A DNA stretch of 64,000 nucleotides from Candidatus Bathyarchaeia archaeon. GTDB taxonomy: Archaea; Thermoproteota; Bathyarchaeia; Bathyarchaeales; Bathycorpusculaceae. The notes below the pieces were generated by a model. It saw only the letters and a program-made list of their open reading frames with translations. It did no database searches and had not been told where the DNA came from. Location: the NCBI GenBank assembly GCA_049522695.1, contig JBEKNP010000001.1, positions 4,261 to 68,260 on the forward strand. The letters run 5' to 3'. Shown in pieces: positions 1-9,771 of this stretch. Positions within the stretch are counted from its first letter, which is position 1, and every line of letters starts with the position of its first letter. A program made the position numbers and the translations under genes.

Positions 1-1
1 G

Positions 2-646
2 TACGCCTCGCTCATTGTCGTGCCAGTTACAGCAATAGTAATTGCCCTCGCACAACCAGGCATTGGCACTATATACCAAAACAAATATGCTGAGGCGCCA
101 TTATTTTTGGCGTTGTTGTCAATAACTTATCTTTATACTGCTTTCGGGAATTTGAGCATAAGCAACTTGCTAAACGGGCAAGGATTCACAAAATTCAACA
201 TGAATCTGTCTTTTCTTACCGCCGTGATTGGTTTCCCTGTGGGTTTCCTGTTAATTTCTCACTTCGGCGTCCTAGGATTAATTGCAACTTCCTTAACCGT
301 TGGTCTTCCAAGTGTATTCATAAGTTTACGTTTCATAAAAAAGCGCTTCGATGTATCAGTAGATTGGGAATCTTCCATCAGGATTCTATTTTCTTCATCA
401 ATAACCGCCATCTTAACATACGCTCTTATCTCTCAACTGGCTTTTTCCAACCCGATACGTCTAGTCATAGGCATTGTTGCCTTTGTACTTATTTTAATTC
501 CTGCAATTCTGGTTACTCGAACCATTAACAGGGCTGACCTGAATAGTCTTCGAGAAATTATTAATGTACTCGGACCTCTTCGCAAACCTTTGCTTTTTCT
601 CCTAAATATCATTGAGAAATTAATGACAATCTTTAATGCAAAGTAA
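2..646 (+). CDS. C-terminal part of oligosaccharide/polysaccharide flippase (Wzx-like), 5' truncated by window
   Basis: Frame open from position 2; multiple hydrophobic TM segments; lies just upstream of the rfb operon. Confidence 0.7.
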   Translation, partial: YASLIVVPVTAIVIALAQPGIGTIYQNKYAEAPLFLALLSITYLYTAFGNLSISNLLNGQGFTKFNMNLSFLTAVIGFPVGFLLISHFGVLGLIATSLTVGLPSVFISLRFIKKRFDVSVDWESSIRILFSSSITAILTYALISQLAFSNPIRLVIGIVAFVLILIPAILVTRTINRADLNSLREIINVLGPLRKPLLFLLNIIEKLMTIFNAK

Positions 647-1076
647 ATCAAATCAAAAACAGTGGCGACATTCCCAAGTTAAAGAATATTTAATGTACCA
701 GGCGATCTTCAGTTAAGTTTCCATCTATTTCCGCAGCAAACTTACTCTACTATTTTGCTAGTGCTCTGTACTTACCGCAGTAACTTCCGCCGACATGTGT
801 GCACGTGTAACTAGAGTTAGAGTAGAGATTGCACGCCGAGGTGAATTTGCATTTTATTCCTGGTTTGCGAAAAGACGACCATACATTAGGTTTAAGAGTT
901 GTTTTCGTTTTATATTCCCCTAAAAATAAGCGATCTCTAAGCTGTTATTACTTTTCAATCGCTAATAGGAGTATGTGATTGTACAAATACAGCCACAACT
1001 AAAATTCAAATAAACTTATTTAATTGATAATACTAAATGGTAATTAAAGCAAGCATCCAATGCATTTGTGATTATC

Positions 1077-2135
1077 ATGAAAGCACTTGTTCTCAGCGGT
1101 GGTAAAGGAACCAGACTTAGGCCTTTAACTTTTACTTGCGCTAAACAGCTTATTCCAGTAGCTAATAAGCCCATATTAGGATATGTTCTTGATCAGGTTG
1201 CAGCAACCAAAATTAAAAAGGTTGGTATTATTACTGCGCCTGAGACAGGACAGTTTGTTAAAGATTATGTTAATGACGGCTCAAACTGGAACCTTAACGT
1301 TAACTATATTCCTCAGGAACCGCTTGGTTTAGCTCACGCGGTCAAAACTGCTGGTCGTTTTTTGGGGCAGGATTCTTTCGTCATGTGCCTGGGGGATAAC
1401 GTTACTGGTCAAGGGTTGAATTCATTTGTTAAAAAATTTAAGAGTGAACATCTTGATGCACTTATTATTCTAAAAGAAGTTGAGAACCCATCGAGTTTTG
1501 GTATCGCTCAGCTTGATGACAAGGGTAATATTATCAAGTTGGTGGAGAAGCCTAAAACGCCAATTGGTAACCTTGCTATTATTGGCACTTACCTCTTTTC
1601 TAATAAGGTTCATCAGGCTATAGAAAAAATAAAGCCATCTTGGCGCGGAGAACTGGAAATTACTGATGCAATCCAAGAAATGATTAACATGGGTTTTTCG
1701 GTTAAAGCCGAAATCTTGAATTCTTGGTGGCTTGACACAGGTAAAAAAGACGATATTTTGTCGGCCAATGCGAGAATATTGGATGAATACGCAGAGCGGG
1801 ACATCAAAGGAACAGTAACAAACAGTTGTGTAGATGGCAGGGTTAAGGTCGAACTGGGAGCAAAAATAGTAAATAGTACAGTCAGGGGACCATGCGTAAT
1901 TGGAAAAAACGCGTCGATTGAAAACTCCTTCATTGGACCGTACACAAGCGTTGGCAGTGGCTCAGAAATTATTAATTCTAACCTTGAATATTGTGTTATA
2001 CAAGAAAACGTTGTCGTTAAAGATGTGGAGCGGTTAGAGGATAGTTTAATCGGCAAAAATGCGAAGGTTGCAAGAAATCAAAGGAACAGAACTATAAAGT
2101 TGCACGTGGGCGATTACTCAGAAGTGGAAGTCTAG
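1077..2135 (+). CDS. rfbA: Glucose-1-phosphate thymidylyltransferase (long form)
   Basis: LSGGKGTRLRPLT motif, KQLIPVANKP, WWLDTGK, C-terminal beta-helix-like tail; ATG at 1077 (GTG at 1068 is an alternative). Confidence 0.93.
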   Translation: MKALVLSGGKGTRLRPLTFTCAKQLIPVANKPILGYVLDQVAATKIKKVGIITAPETGQFVKDYVNDGSNWNLNVNYIPQEPLGLAHAVKTAGRFLGQDSFVMCLGDNVTGQGLNSFVKKFKSEHLDALIILKEVENPSSFGIAQLDDKGNIIKLVEKPKTPIGNLAIIGTYLFSNKVHQAIEKIKPSWRGELEITDAIQEMINMGFSVKAEILNSWWLDTGKKDDILSANARILDEYAERDIKGTVTNSCVDGRVKVELGAKIVNSTVRGPCVIGKNASIENSFIGPYTSVGSGSEIINSNLEYCVIQENVVVKDVERLEDSLIGKNAKVARNQRNRTIKLHVGDYSEVEV

Positions 2136-2201
2136 CCCCGAAAGCATGACAACTATTATAAATATTTTTAAAACATATGTTTAGCAAGCAAGTGAGGGAT
2201 A

Positions 2202-2708
2202 TTGACGTTAAAAGGGATAAAAATTAAACCAATATGTCGGTTACCCGACGAGAGAGGCTTCTTTACCGAAGTTATGCGTAAGGATTGGAAAGACTTATTT
2301 GCGGAAGACACAATTGCTCAAGCAAACCTTTCATTAACTTATCTCAACATTATTCGTGCGTGGCATAGGCACCTTAAAGGACAAACGGACTATTTTTTGG
2401 CGTTAAAAGGATTAATAAAAATCTGCGCATTTGATGAGAAAACAGAAGAAATAAACGAGATAATCTCCAGCGCTTTAGACCTGCAATTGGTGCGTATTCC
2501 TGGTCATTATTGGCATGGCTTCAAAGCACTCGGTAATGAACCCGCTATGCTGTTGTACTTCACCACTAACCTCTATGACCCTGCTAATCCCGATGAAGAA
2601 CGCAGGCCGTGGAATGATACGACAATAGTTCCCAAATCTTTAAACGGCAAGAAGGATGATGCACGTGTTGGTAAACCTTGGGACTGGAATTATCCCCCTC
2701 ATAAGTGA
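2202..2708 (+). CDS. rfbC: dTDP-4-dehydrorhamnose 3,5-epimerase family cupin
   Basis: DERGFFTE, RAWHRH and IPGHYWHGF cupin motifs; operon context. Confidence 0.85.
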   Translation: MTLKGIKIKPICRLPDERGFFTEVMRKDWKDLFAEDTIAQANLSLTYLNIIRAWHRHLKGQTDYFLALKGLIKICAFDEKTEEINEIISSALDLQLVRIPGHYWHGFKALGNEPAMLLYFTTNLYDPANPDEERRPWNDTTIVPKSLNGKKDDARVGKPWDWNYPPHK

Positions 2709-2714
2709 TGAATT

Positions 2715-3722
2715 ATGAAATTGTTAGTTACTGGCGGTTTAGGCTTTATCGGAAGCAACTTTTGCAGGTACATACTTGCGCGGTATCCTGATTATGAGTT
2801 GATAAATGTTGATAAGATAGGCATAGGATCTAACCCAGCTAATCTTCTTGATATTGAAAATGACAAAAGGTACACTTTCATAAAGGGTGACATTTGCAAT
2901 CCGCTGCTTATGAACAGGCTAATCCATCAAGTTGATGCTGTTGTAAACATTGCTGCTGAGACTCATGTGGACAGGAGCATTGCTGACCCCTACGTGTTTT
3001 TGCAGAACAATACACTTGGCACATTTACAATTTTAGAGGCGATACGCAGGCATAATCACAAGGCAAGGCTTTTGCATGTGTCCACTGACGAGGTTTACGG
3101 TGAAGCACTTGAAGGCTCATTTACGGAGAATACTCCGCCCAAGCCATCTAATCCTTACTCAGCTTCTAAAGCTGCCGCTGACATGTTTGTGCTATCCTAC
3201 TATAAGACTTATAATTTGAATGTGTCCATCACACGTTGTACGAATAATTTTGGTCCACGCCAACTTCCCGAAAAGCTGATTCCTAAAACCATTATCCGTG
3301 CGCTGAGGGATCTTCCAATACCGATTTATGGGTCTGGTCAAAACATTCGTGATTGGATTTACGTTAAAGATCATTGTGAAGCGATTGCAACGGTTCTTGA
3401 GAAGGGGAATGCTGGAGAAGTATACAATGTTTCAGCTGGGAACGAAATTCCTAACATTGAGATTGCAAAAAGAATTGTCGCGTTGCTTCATAAGCCTGAA
3501 AGTTTGATTACTTTTGTGGAAGATCGTCCTGGGCATGATACAAGATACAGTTTGGATTCTTCAAAAATAAGGTCTACGCTGGATTGGCAAGCTAAGTGTA
3601 GTTTTGAGGGATCTTTGGAGTCGACCGTTCGTTGGTACCTTAAGAATGAGCATTGGTGGACGCCGTTTGCTGCAGAAGTGATTCTTCATCCGACGCCTTG
3701 GAAGCTAGGTGGTCTGCATTGA
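2715..3722 (+). CDS. rfbB: dTDP-glucose 4,6-dehydratase
   Basis: GGLGFIG, AAETHVDRSI, STDEVYG, PYSASK, DRPGHDTRY. Confidence 0.95.
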   Translation: MKLLVTGGLGFIGSNFCRYILARYPDYELINVDKIGIGSNPANLLDIENDKRYTFIKGDICNPLLMNRLIHQVDAVVNIAAETHVDRSIADPYVFLQNNTLGTFTILEAIRRHNHKARLLHVSTDEVYGEALEGSFTENTPPKPSNPYSASKAAADMFVLSYYKTYNLNVSITRCTNNFGPRQLPEKLIPKTIIRALRDLPIPIYGSGQNIRDWIYVKDHCEAIATVLEKGNAGEVYNVSAGNEIPNIEIAKRIVALLHKPESLITFVEDRPGHDTRYSLDSSKIRSTLDWQAKCSFEGSLESTVRWYLKNEHWWTPFAAEVILHPTPWKLGGLH

Positions 3723-4609
3723 AACTTTTAATTACTGGCGCTAGTGGTCTCTACGGCTCCAAACTAGCTGAGCTTGCTGTTGCAAGAAATTTTGAGGTTT
3801 ATTCCTGTGACGTTCAGGAGCTACCGGTTTGTGGTAACTTTGTCAAATTTGACGTTTCAAATAATGAGCTGGTCAATGAAGCGTTTAAACGCGTTAAGCC
3901 TGACGTTGTAGTTCACGCAGCTACCCTGACTGATGTGGATAAATGTGAGTTGAATAAAGAGCTTGCTTGGAAAATAAATGTTGAAGGAACAAAAAATATT
4001 GCAGAAGCAGCTAAGAGCGCCGGATCTTTTTTTATTTATATTTCGACAGATTACGTTTTCAACGGTGAAAAGGGTAACTATAAGGAGTCAGATAAGCCTG
4101 ACCCTATTAATTATTACGGTCTAACCAAACTTAAAGCTGAAGAATTGGTAAAAGCTCAACCAGAATATTTTATTGCACGTTCAAGCGTAATTTACGGTTC
4201 AACTCCTGCTGCTGGAAAAGTAAACTTTGCTCTATGGGTAATCAATACTCTGCGTAAGGGTGAACGTGTAAAGATTGTTACTGACCAGTGGAATACTCCT
4301 ACATTGAACACTAATTTGGCTGAGATGACAATGGAGGTTGTTGAGCGCAGGTTAACTGGAACGTTTCATCTTTGCGGTGCCACACGCGTAAGCAGGTTCC
4401 AGTTGGCAGAATTAATCGCTGAAGCTTTTGGCTTAGATAAGAGCCTGATTGACTCTGCTTTGTCTTCACAGTTTAAGTGGCCTGCAAAACGGCCCATGGA
4501 TTCGTCACTTGATACTTCAAAGGCTCAGCAAATTCTGGGAAACAAGCCACTGGAGATTGGTGAAGCGTTGCAAAGGTTGAAGTTGGAGCTTTTAAGGAAG
4601 AGCCCTTAA
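3719..4609 (+). CDS. rfbD: dTDP-4-dehydrorhamnose reductase
   Basis: LLITGASGLYG, STDYVFNG, YGLTK, AKRP; TTG at 3719 overlaps the rfbB stop. Confidence 0.92.
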   Translation: MKLLITGASGLYGSKLAELAVARNFEVYSCDVQELPVCGNFVKFDVSNNELVNEAFKRVKPDVVVHAATLTDVDKCELNKELAWKINVEGTKNIAEAAKSAGSFFIYISTDYVFNGEKGNYKESDKPDPINYYGLTKLKAEELVKAQPEYFIARSSVIYGSTPAAGKVNFALWVINTLRKGERVKIVTDQWNTPTLNTNLAEMTMEVVERRLTGTFHLCGATRVSRFQLAELIAEAFGLDKSLIDSALSSQFKWPAKRPMDSSLDTSKAQQILGNKPLEIGEALQRLKLELLRKSP

Positions 4610-4668
4610 GTTAGACACAAGTGTTTATGTGTGAGTCTCATATCCTTTTGGTTATTTGGGAAGGCTAG

Positions 4669-5028
4669 ATGAAACCGACCGGTATTAAGCAAATAGCAAG
4701 GCAGCGAATCCAAATATTGTTTGAGCAGGCAAAGCAGGTTTGCAAAACTGATCCGCAGTTAGCCACGCAGTATATCAAGTTCGCAAGGAAGATTGCTATG
4801 GCTGCAAAAATTCGTTTGCCAGTTGAGTTTAGGCGCGAAACCTGTAAAAACTGTAATGCGTTGCTGGTGCAGAGTTATAATTGTCGGGTTAGGATAAAGC
4901 AGAAAAGGGAGCCTCATATCGTAATAACATGTTTAAACTGCGGCAACCAGACTCGTATATTGTTAGGCAAGAAAAAGGAGCAAAAGGAACTTGAGCAAAA
5001 TAACCACCAGAATGAAGCGCCATGTTAG
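4669..5028 (+). CDS. rnp4: Ribonuclease P protein component 4 (Rpp21)
   Basis: IARQRIQILF N-terminus, CKNC...CLNCG zinc ligands. Confidence 0.9.
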   Translation: MKPTGIKQIARQRIQILFEQAKQVCKTDPQLATQYIKFARKIAMAAKIRLPVEFRRETCKNCNALLVQSYNCRVRIKQKREPHIVITCLNCGNQTRILLGKKKEQKELEQNNHQNEAPC

Positions 5029-5290
5029 GCACGTATTGAAAGACGAGAATCCAACCATTTGGGTTGGCAAAGACGGCTTGACTCCTCAGTTGATAAGCGA
5101 AATTGAGAAACAACTGCAGCAAAACAAGATGGTAAAAGTTAGAATTTTGACTGCCGCTTTGCAAGGAGAAAATACAGCTCAGACGATAGCAGCTAAGGCT
5201 GCTGAGCAAACTGGTGCTGCTTTGGTTGAGGTTAGGGGTCACGTGTTTATTCTCTTTAGGAAGCGCAAAGCAGTAGAACCAACTGAATAG
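4991..5290 (+). CDS. yhbY: YhbY/CRM-domain RNA-binding protein
   Basis: PTIWVGKDGLT, MVKVRIL, VEVRGHVFILFR. Confidence 0.9.
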   Translation: MSKITTRMKRHVRHVLKDENPTIWVGKDGLTPQLISEIEKQLQQNKMVKVRILTAALQGENTAQTIAAKAAEQTGAALVEVRGHVFILFRKRKAVEPTE

Positions 5291-5647
5291 ACCTGAAAGT
5301 CAAGAATTCATCATACTCTTTTTTACATGAAAAAATGAATTGTTTATTGCCTTCAAAATCTTTGTGTACGCTTAATATTTAGGCGACCAACGTACACTGC
5401 CAAAGTCGTCACAGAGACCGCGTCCACAGCCGAAAAGAAATTATTTAACTTGCCCGTGCTCCTTCACATTTGACTTGGCTTGTTACCGCTACAATCTGCT
5501 ACGCTTCAGGCTACAGACTTTCCGTTTTCCGTGTTATTAATCATTTGATGCTGTTACTGCCAAGTCTTAGAATAGCTGGAACCAGTTCACGTAAAGCTTA
5601 AATTGTTCAGGCGGCTCTGGATTATGGTTACTTGAGGTTTTACTGAC

Positions 5648-6877
5648 GTGACAAATAACCAGCCTCTGCAGTTGTCTTCCAACGTCAACTGGGTCGGAGT
5701 CAACGACACAGAAACCCCACTTTTCGAAGGACTCTGGCGCATCCCCGAGGGCGTTTCCTACAACTCTTACCTAATTGTAGGCTCAGAAAAAACTGCACTG
5801 ATTGATTCTGTCCACGAGAAGAACGCACTTGAACACTTTGAAAAAATTAGCAAACTGACAGACTTCTTAAACATTGACTATCTGGTCATTAACCACATGG
5901 AGCCTGACCACACAGGTGCCGTATCTGCGCTTCTTACGAAAGCGTCCAACGCAAGAGTGGTTTTTACACCCATTGCCCAAACCATATTTAAAAAGTTCTA
6001 CGGTTTCGACCCCGCAGCAGTCATCGTAAAGGACGAAGCAGCAGAAATTTCCTTAGGAAACAAAACGTTAAGGTTTATTCAAACGCCTTGGCTTCATTGG
6101 CCAGAAACCATGAGCACCTACCTCGTGGAAGACAGGATGTTGTTCTGCTGCGATGCATTTGGCTCCTTCAAAAAACTGCCCGCTGATGCTATATTAGAAT
6201 CCGACATAGACATGGTCAAACAGAATATTTGCGGATGCTCGCAAAAGTACTTTGCCACGGTCTTCAATGGGCAACGCGAATGGATTCTGAAAGCCATAGA
6301 AAAATTTTACAAAATGAACCTCGAAATTGAAGTTTTGGCGCCCAGCCACGGTCCAGTTTACACCGACAATGCCAAGCAAACCATAAGTAAATGGGCTTCT
6401 TGGAGCAAAGGTACCTACACGAAAACTGTTGTCGTGGCATACGATACTATGTATGGAATGACTGCAAAGTGCTTAGATGCAATCGTTAAAGGAGTTAGGG
6501 AAGTAGGAGGCACGGTTCTAAGCTTCAATCTTTCTGAAGACACTGCTGTTGACGCATTAACTGCCTTGGTTGAGGCTCCGGCATTAATTGTTGGTTCGCC
6601 CACATATGAGCATGAGATATTTCCAAAAGTAGTCGATTTCCTGAATCTGCTTAAGACCAAAAAGTTTTCAAACAGATGTGCCAGTGTGTTCGGAAGTTTC
6701 GGCTGGAGCGGAGAAGCCACACGAAAACTATCAGTTGAGCTAACTACTTTGGGTTTCGAACTGGTGGAAAAGCCACTTTCAGTCTTCGGTAGTCCCACAA
6801 AAGAAGACCTTGAGAGGGCAAGTCAACTTGGCAAAGCAGTGGCGGAAAAAGCTTTTTCGAAATATGGCGCTGTGTAA
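5648..6877 (+). CDS. fprA: Flavodiiron protein (FprA, A-type flavoprotein)
   Basis: NHMEPDH, WLHWPE, CDAFG and PSHG diiron ligands; C-terminal flavodoxin domain (GSPTY, FGSFGWSGEA). Confidence 0.92.
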   Translation: MTNNQPLQLSSNVNWVGVNDTETPLFEGLWRIPEGVSYNSYLIVGSEKTALIDSVHEKNALEHFEKISKLTDFLNIDYLVINHMEPDHTGAVSALLTKASNARVVFTPIAQTIFKKFYGFDPAAVIVKDEAAEISLGNKTLRFIQTPWLHWPETMSTYLVEDRMLFCCDAFGSFKKLPADAILESDIDMVKQNICGCSQKYFATVFNGQREWILKAIEKFYKMNLEIEVLAPSHGPVYTDNAKQTISKWASWSKGTYTKTVVVAYDTMYGMTAKCLDAIVKGVREVGGTVLSFNLSEDTAVDALTALVEAPALIVGSPTYEHEIFPKVVDFLNLLKTKKFSNRCASVFGSFGWSGEATRKLSVELTTLGFELVEKPLSVFGSPTKEDLERASQLGKAVAEKAFSKYGAV

Positions 6878-6928
6878 GATAGCCGTTTGCGATTGTGGCG
6901 ACTTTGGTTTTCTTTTAGGTGTGTACAT

Positions 6929-7201
6929 ATGAAATCTACATCATCGCAAAGGCTCGAAAATGCTAACAGAAAACAAAATGCAAAAACAGTCGCTTGTATC
7001 CGATGCGGTGTGTGTTTGCGAGTTTGTTCCCATAACTTGAGTCCAGTTCTAATCAAAGAGGCCTTTGAAAAAGGTAAGAAGGAAAAGCTAAGAGAACTGA
7101 AAGTGGAACTGTGTAACGGCTGTGGAAATTGCAGTTATGTTTGCCCGTCAAGAATCGATCTTAAAAGCTCAGTGCTAAGAGCAAAATCATCGCTGCGTTA
7201 A
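6929..7201 (+). CDS. Small 2x[4Fe-4S] ferredoxin resembling the C-terminal domain of RnfC
   Basis: CIRCGVCLRVC and CNGCGNCSYVCPSRIDL motifs; ATG at 6929 after GGTG. Confidence 0.75.
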   Translation: MKSTSSQRLENANRKQNAKTVACIRCGVCLRVCSHNLSPVLIKEAFEKGKKEKLRELKVELCNGCGNCSYVCPSRIDLKSSVLRAKSSLR

Positions 7202-7284
7202 AAAAGAATTAAAGATCATTTACTATTTCCTCTTAATTCAAGAGTCAATAATCTTGTGTGGGCACTAATTCCTCTCAGAGAATA

Positions 7285-7292
7285 TTTATATT
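7285..7292 (+). promoter_or_regulatory. TATA box of the rps19e transcript
   Basis: TTTATATT about 50 nt upstream of the TTG at 7340. Confidence 0.45.
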
Positions 7293-7339
7293 AGGCTTCA
7301 TTGTTTAACTGCAAGGAAAAACAAAGGATTAGAACAATC

Positions 7340-7804
7340 TTGACTACGCCTCATGACGTTCCAGCTTCAAAATTCATCGACCGGTTAGCTAGGTATCTTA
7401 AGGAAAATGTTGATGAAGTTCAGCCTCTTCCATGGGCAACTTTTGCTAAAACCGGAAATCATGTAGAAAAGCAGCCGCAGAACCCGAACTGGTGGTATAC
7501 TCGAAGTGCATCTATACTTCGCAAAGTTTATGTTTACGGTCCAATCGGATTAGAAAAACTGCGCGCTGATTATGGTGGAAGAAAGAATAATGGTGTTAAA
7601 AAATCACATGTGGTCAAAGCAGGCGGAAACAACATTCGTAAGATTCTGCAGCAACTTGAGACTGCTGGTTTAATTCAAACGGCGAAGCCTCAGGGTAGAC
7701 GAATGACACCTAAAGGTCGTAAGCTGCTTCAGGAAGTTGCTGGAGACTTGTATAAGGAAATAGTTAAGACTGTCCCTGAGCTCAAGAAGTATCAAGGCGA
7801 ATAG
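7340..7804 (+). CDS. rps19e: 30S ribosomal protein S19e
   Basis: WWYTRSASILRKVY, YGGRK, RKILQQLE; start placed at TTG 7340. Confidence 0.95.
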   Translation: MTTPHDVPASKFIDRLARYLKENVDEVQPLPWATFAKTGNHVEKQPQNPNWWYTRSASILRKVYVYGPIGLEKLRADYGGRKNNGVKKSHVVKAGGNNIRKILQQLETAGLIQTAKPQGRRMTPKGRKLLQEVAGDLYKEIVKTVPELKKYQGE

Positions 7805-7809
7805 AAGCA

Positions 7810-8139
7810 ATGTCGGATGACGAGCTTGAGCAAATCCGCAAAAGAAAACTTTCATCTATGCAGCATAGAGTGAGTGATGAGCAGAGACAGTCCCAAGAAG
7901 AAGCGCAGTTTGAAGCTCAAAAGCAGGCGTTGCTGAACAAGATATTGGCCCCTGAGGCTCGGCAAAGGCTAAATAATCTAAAGATGGTTAAGCCTGAATT
8001 TGCAGGGCAAATAGAATTGCAGTTGATTCAGATGGCGCAGACTGGTAAGTTGCCGATTCCATTGTCGGATGATCAGCTCAAGGGAATATTGATTCAGCTT
8101 CAATCACGGAAGCGAGAACCAACAATTAGAAGGATATGA
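7810..8139 (+). CDS. PDCD5/TFAR19-family DNA-binding protein
   Basis: [27 protein letters not shown]; canonical position after rps19e. Confidence 0.92.
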   Translation: MSDDELEQIRKRKLSSMQHRVSDEQRQSQEEAQFEAQKQALLNKILAPEARQRLNNLKMVKPEFAGQIELQLIQMAQTGKLPIPLSDDQLKGILIQLQSRKREPTIRRI

Positions 8140-8143
8140 AAAT

Positions 8144-8302
8144 ATGGCGCGTGTTAAACCTACGGCGAAAAAACTTAGGCTAGCTAAAGCTGGAAAAGAG
8201 GCAACGTCTGTTCCAACATGGGTAATTGCCCGAACTGACGGTAAAGTTAGAAATAACCCTAAGCAAAGACGAAACTGGCGAACTAGGAAAATAAAGGCGT
8301 AG
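8144..8302 (+). CDS. rpl39e: 50S ribosomal protein L39e (missing from ORF track, 52 aa)
   Basis: Hand translation [52 protein letters not shown]; VPxWV and RRNWR motifs. Confidence 0.93.
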   Translation: MARVKPTAKKLRLAKAGKEATSVPTWVIARTDGKVRNNPKQRRNWRTRKIKA

Positions 8303-8315
8303 GAGAAGTAAAGCA

Positions 8316-8816
8316 TTGGTTAAAGAAGACAAAGAAGAACAACAGAACGCTGAAGACGAAGAAGAAATGCCCGACCTTATTGAAGATGAAACCGCTAAGA
8401 AAGAAGAACCTGTTGAAGAAACGGTAAAAGAGGAGGCTCCAGCTGAAGAGCAACCGGCAAAAGAAGAGGCAGTAGAGGAAGAGGAAGCTAAACCTAAGAA
8501 AAAGAAAGAGGAAGTAGAAATTGTTGAAGAACGAACCTACACGATTCCTCTGCAGAAAGCGCTGGTTAGGCCGCCGAAAAAGCGTGCTCCAAGAGCAATG
8601 CAGCTTGTAAAGATCTTCATAACTAAGCATATGAAACTGGAAATGAAGGTTTCTGAAGAAGAGGAAGAGGAAGAGTTACCCCAGCTTCTAATAAGCCAGG
8701 AAGTTAACGAGAAAATCTGGGATAGAGGCATAGAGAAACCTCCGCGAAAGATTCGTGTTCGAGCAGCTAAAGACAAAGACGGGAACGTAACCGTTTACTT
8801 AGCTGAAGCTCAATAA
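8316..8816 (+). CDS. rpl31e: 50S ribosomal protein L31e with long acidic N-terminal extension
   Basis: Core ERTYTIPL...KKRAPRA...IWDRGIEKPPRKIRVR preceded by ~70 E/K-rich residues. Confidence 0.92.
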   Translation: MVKEDKEEQQNAEDEEEMPDLIEDETAKKEEPVEETVKEEAPAEEQPAKEEAVEEEEAKPKKKKEEVEIVEERTYTIPLQKALVRPPKKRAPRAMQLVKIFITKHMKLEMKVSEEEEEEELPQLLISQEVNEKIWDRGIEKPPRKIRVRAAKDKDGNVTVYLAEAQ

Positions 8817-9306
8817 AATAATTATTTCTTAAATTTTTTTCTTTTATTTTAGTGCTCCGGAAGAGGCTATACTCAATCAGCCAAACCAACAACTAATTTT
8901 TCACCGCCACATTGCTTGCAGGATTTTAGGGCAAAAATGGTGGGTTAAGCGGATTTAGCCAAGTGCCAACGTTGGCAAGGCGCAAAACAGCATGAGACGC
9001 CTTATCATATGTTAGCAGCCAGACCCGCCCAACAACAGGGCTCTTAGCTGATTCTTCTTCTTTCTTGTTATTTGGTTACGATTCTAAAGAATATAAAATA
9101 ATGTTGTCACAAATTGAAGCAACAGCCGCTAAGTTACTAAAACGATTTTGTGCGTAATTGCCCTTTGTGCCTATTCATTCGATTAAATACGCATAACAAT
9201 GTCACCTGATAGGAAATCAGGAAAAAGATAACAAATACCGCTAAAAAACACGACTTGCCAGTGAAAGAAGAGAAAGGCGAAGTAATAATTTATAAACCTA
9301 AAAAGA

Positions 9307-9432
9307 TTAGCATGATACCTTGAAACGATTGCCGCGTTCGGGGCAAGTGTAAACAGTTAAGCTGAAGTGAGAGTTTTCTATTTTCTTATCAGGCGTATCA
9401 AGCTTCTTTCCGCAGTTAGGACAGTTAACCAT
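9307..9432 (-). CDS. Small zinc-ribbon-like protein (41 aa)
   Basis: Hand translation MVNCPNCGKKLDTPDKKIENSHFSLTVYTCPERGNRFKVSC; CPNCG...CPERG pattern. Confidence 0.5.
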   Translation of the reverse strand: MVNCPNCGKKLDTPDKKIENSHFSLTVYTCPERGNRFKVSC

Positions 9433-9771
9433 TAAAAACGCACTTTTAAAAATTTGTCATCTAGGGTAGGGAATATTCATTTACATAGCATGGGTAAAAA
9501 GAATAAAAGGATAGGTGTGACCGACCAAGCAACCACAAATGCTCCGAATGCTCGCTTTCAATTGAACCGATTCATCCACTGCACTTGAAGGATGTTTCAC
9601 CCCTTGGCTTTTTGGCATTTTAGCCTTTTCTATCTATGCTCGATTTATCTAGACATTGTGAATAGGCAAGCAAGAAAAGCAATTTTTAATTGCTAAAACA
9701 GACCACAATCTAAAAAAAGGAGTATGCGTGAAACTTCGCCATTAGAACGTTTCATCAGGAGAAATTAGTTC

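Noticed and set aside
700-1000. Moderately GC-rich spacer before rfbA with a 43-codon ORF and short repeats
   Set aside because: No convincing stems, RNA motif or protein motif
5300-5640. Possible riboswitch or leader upstream of fprA (repeated GCTAC)
   Set aside because: No recognisable aptamer consensus; the repeats are too short to be significant
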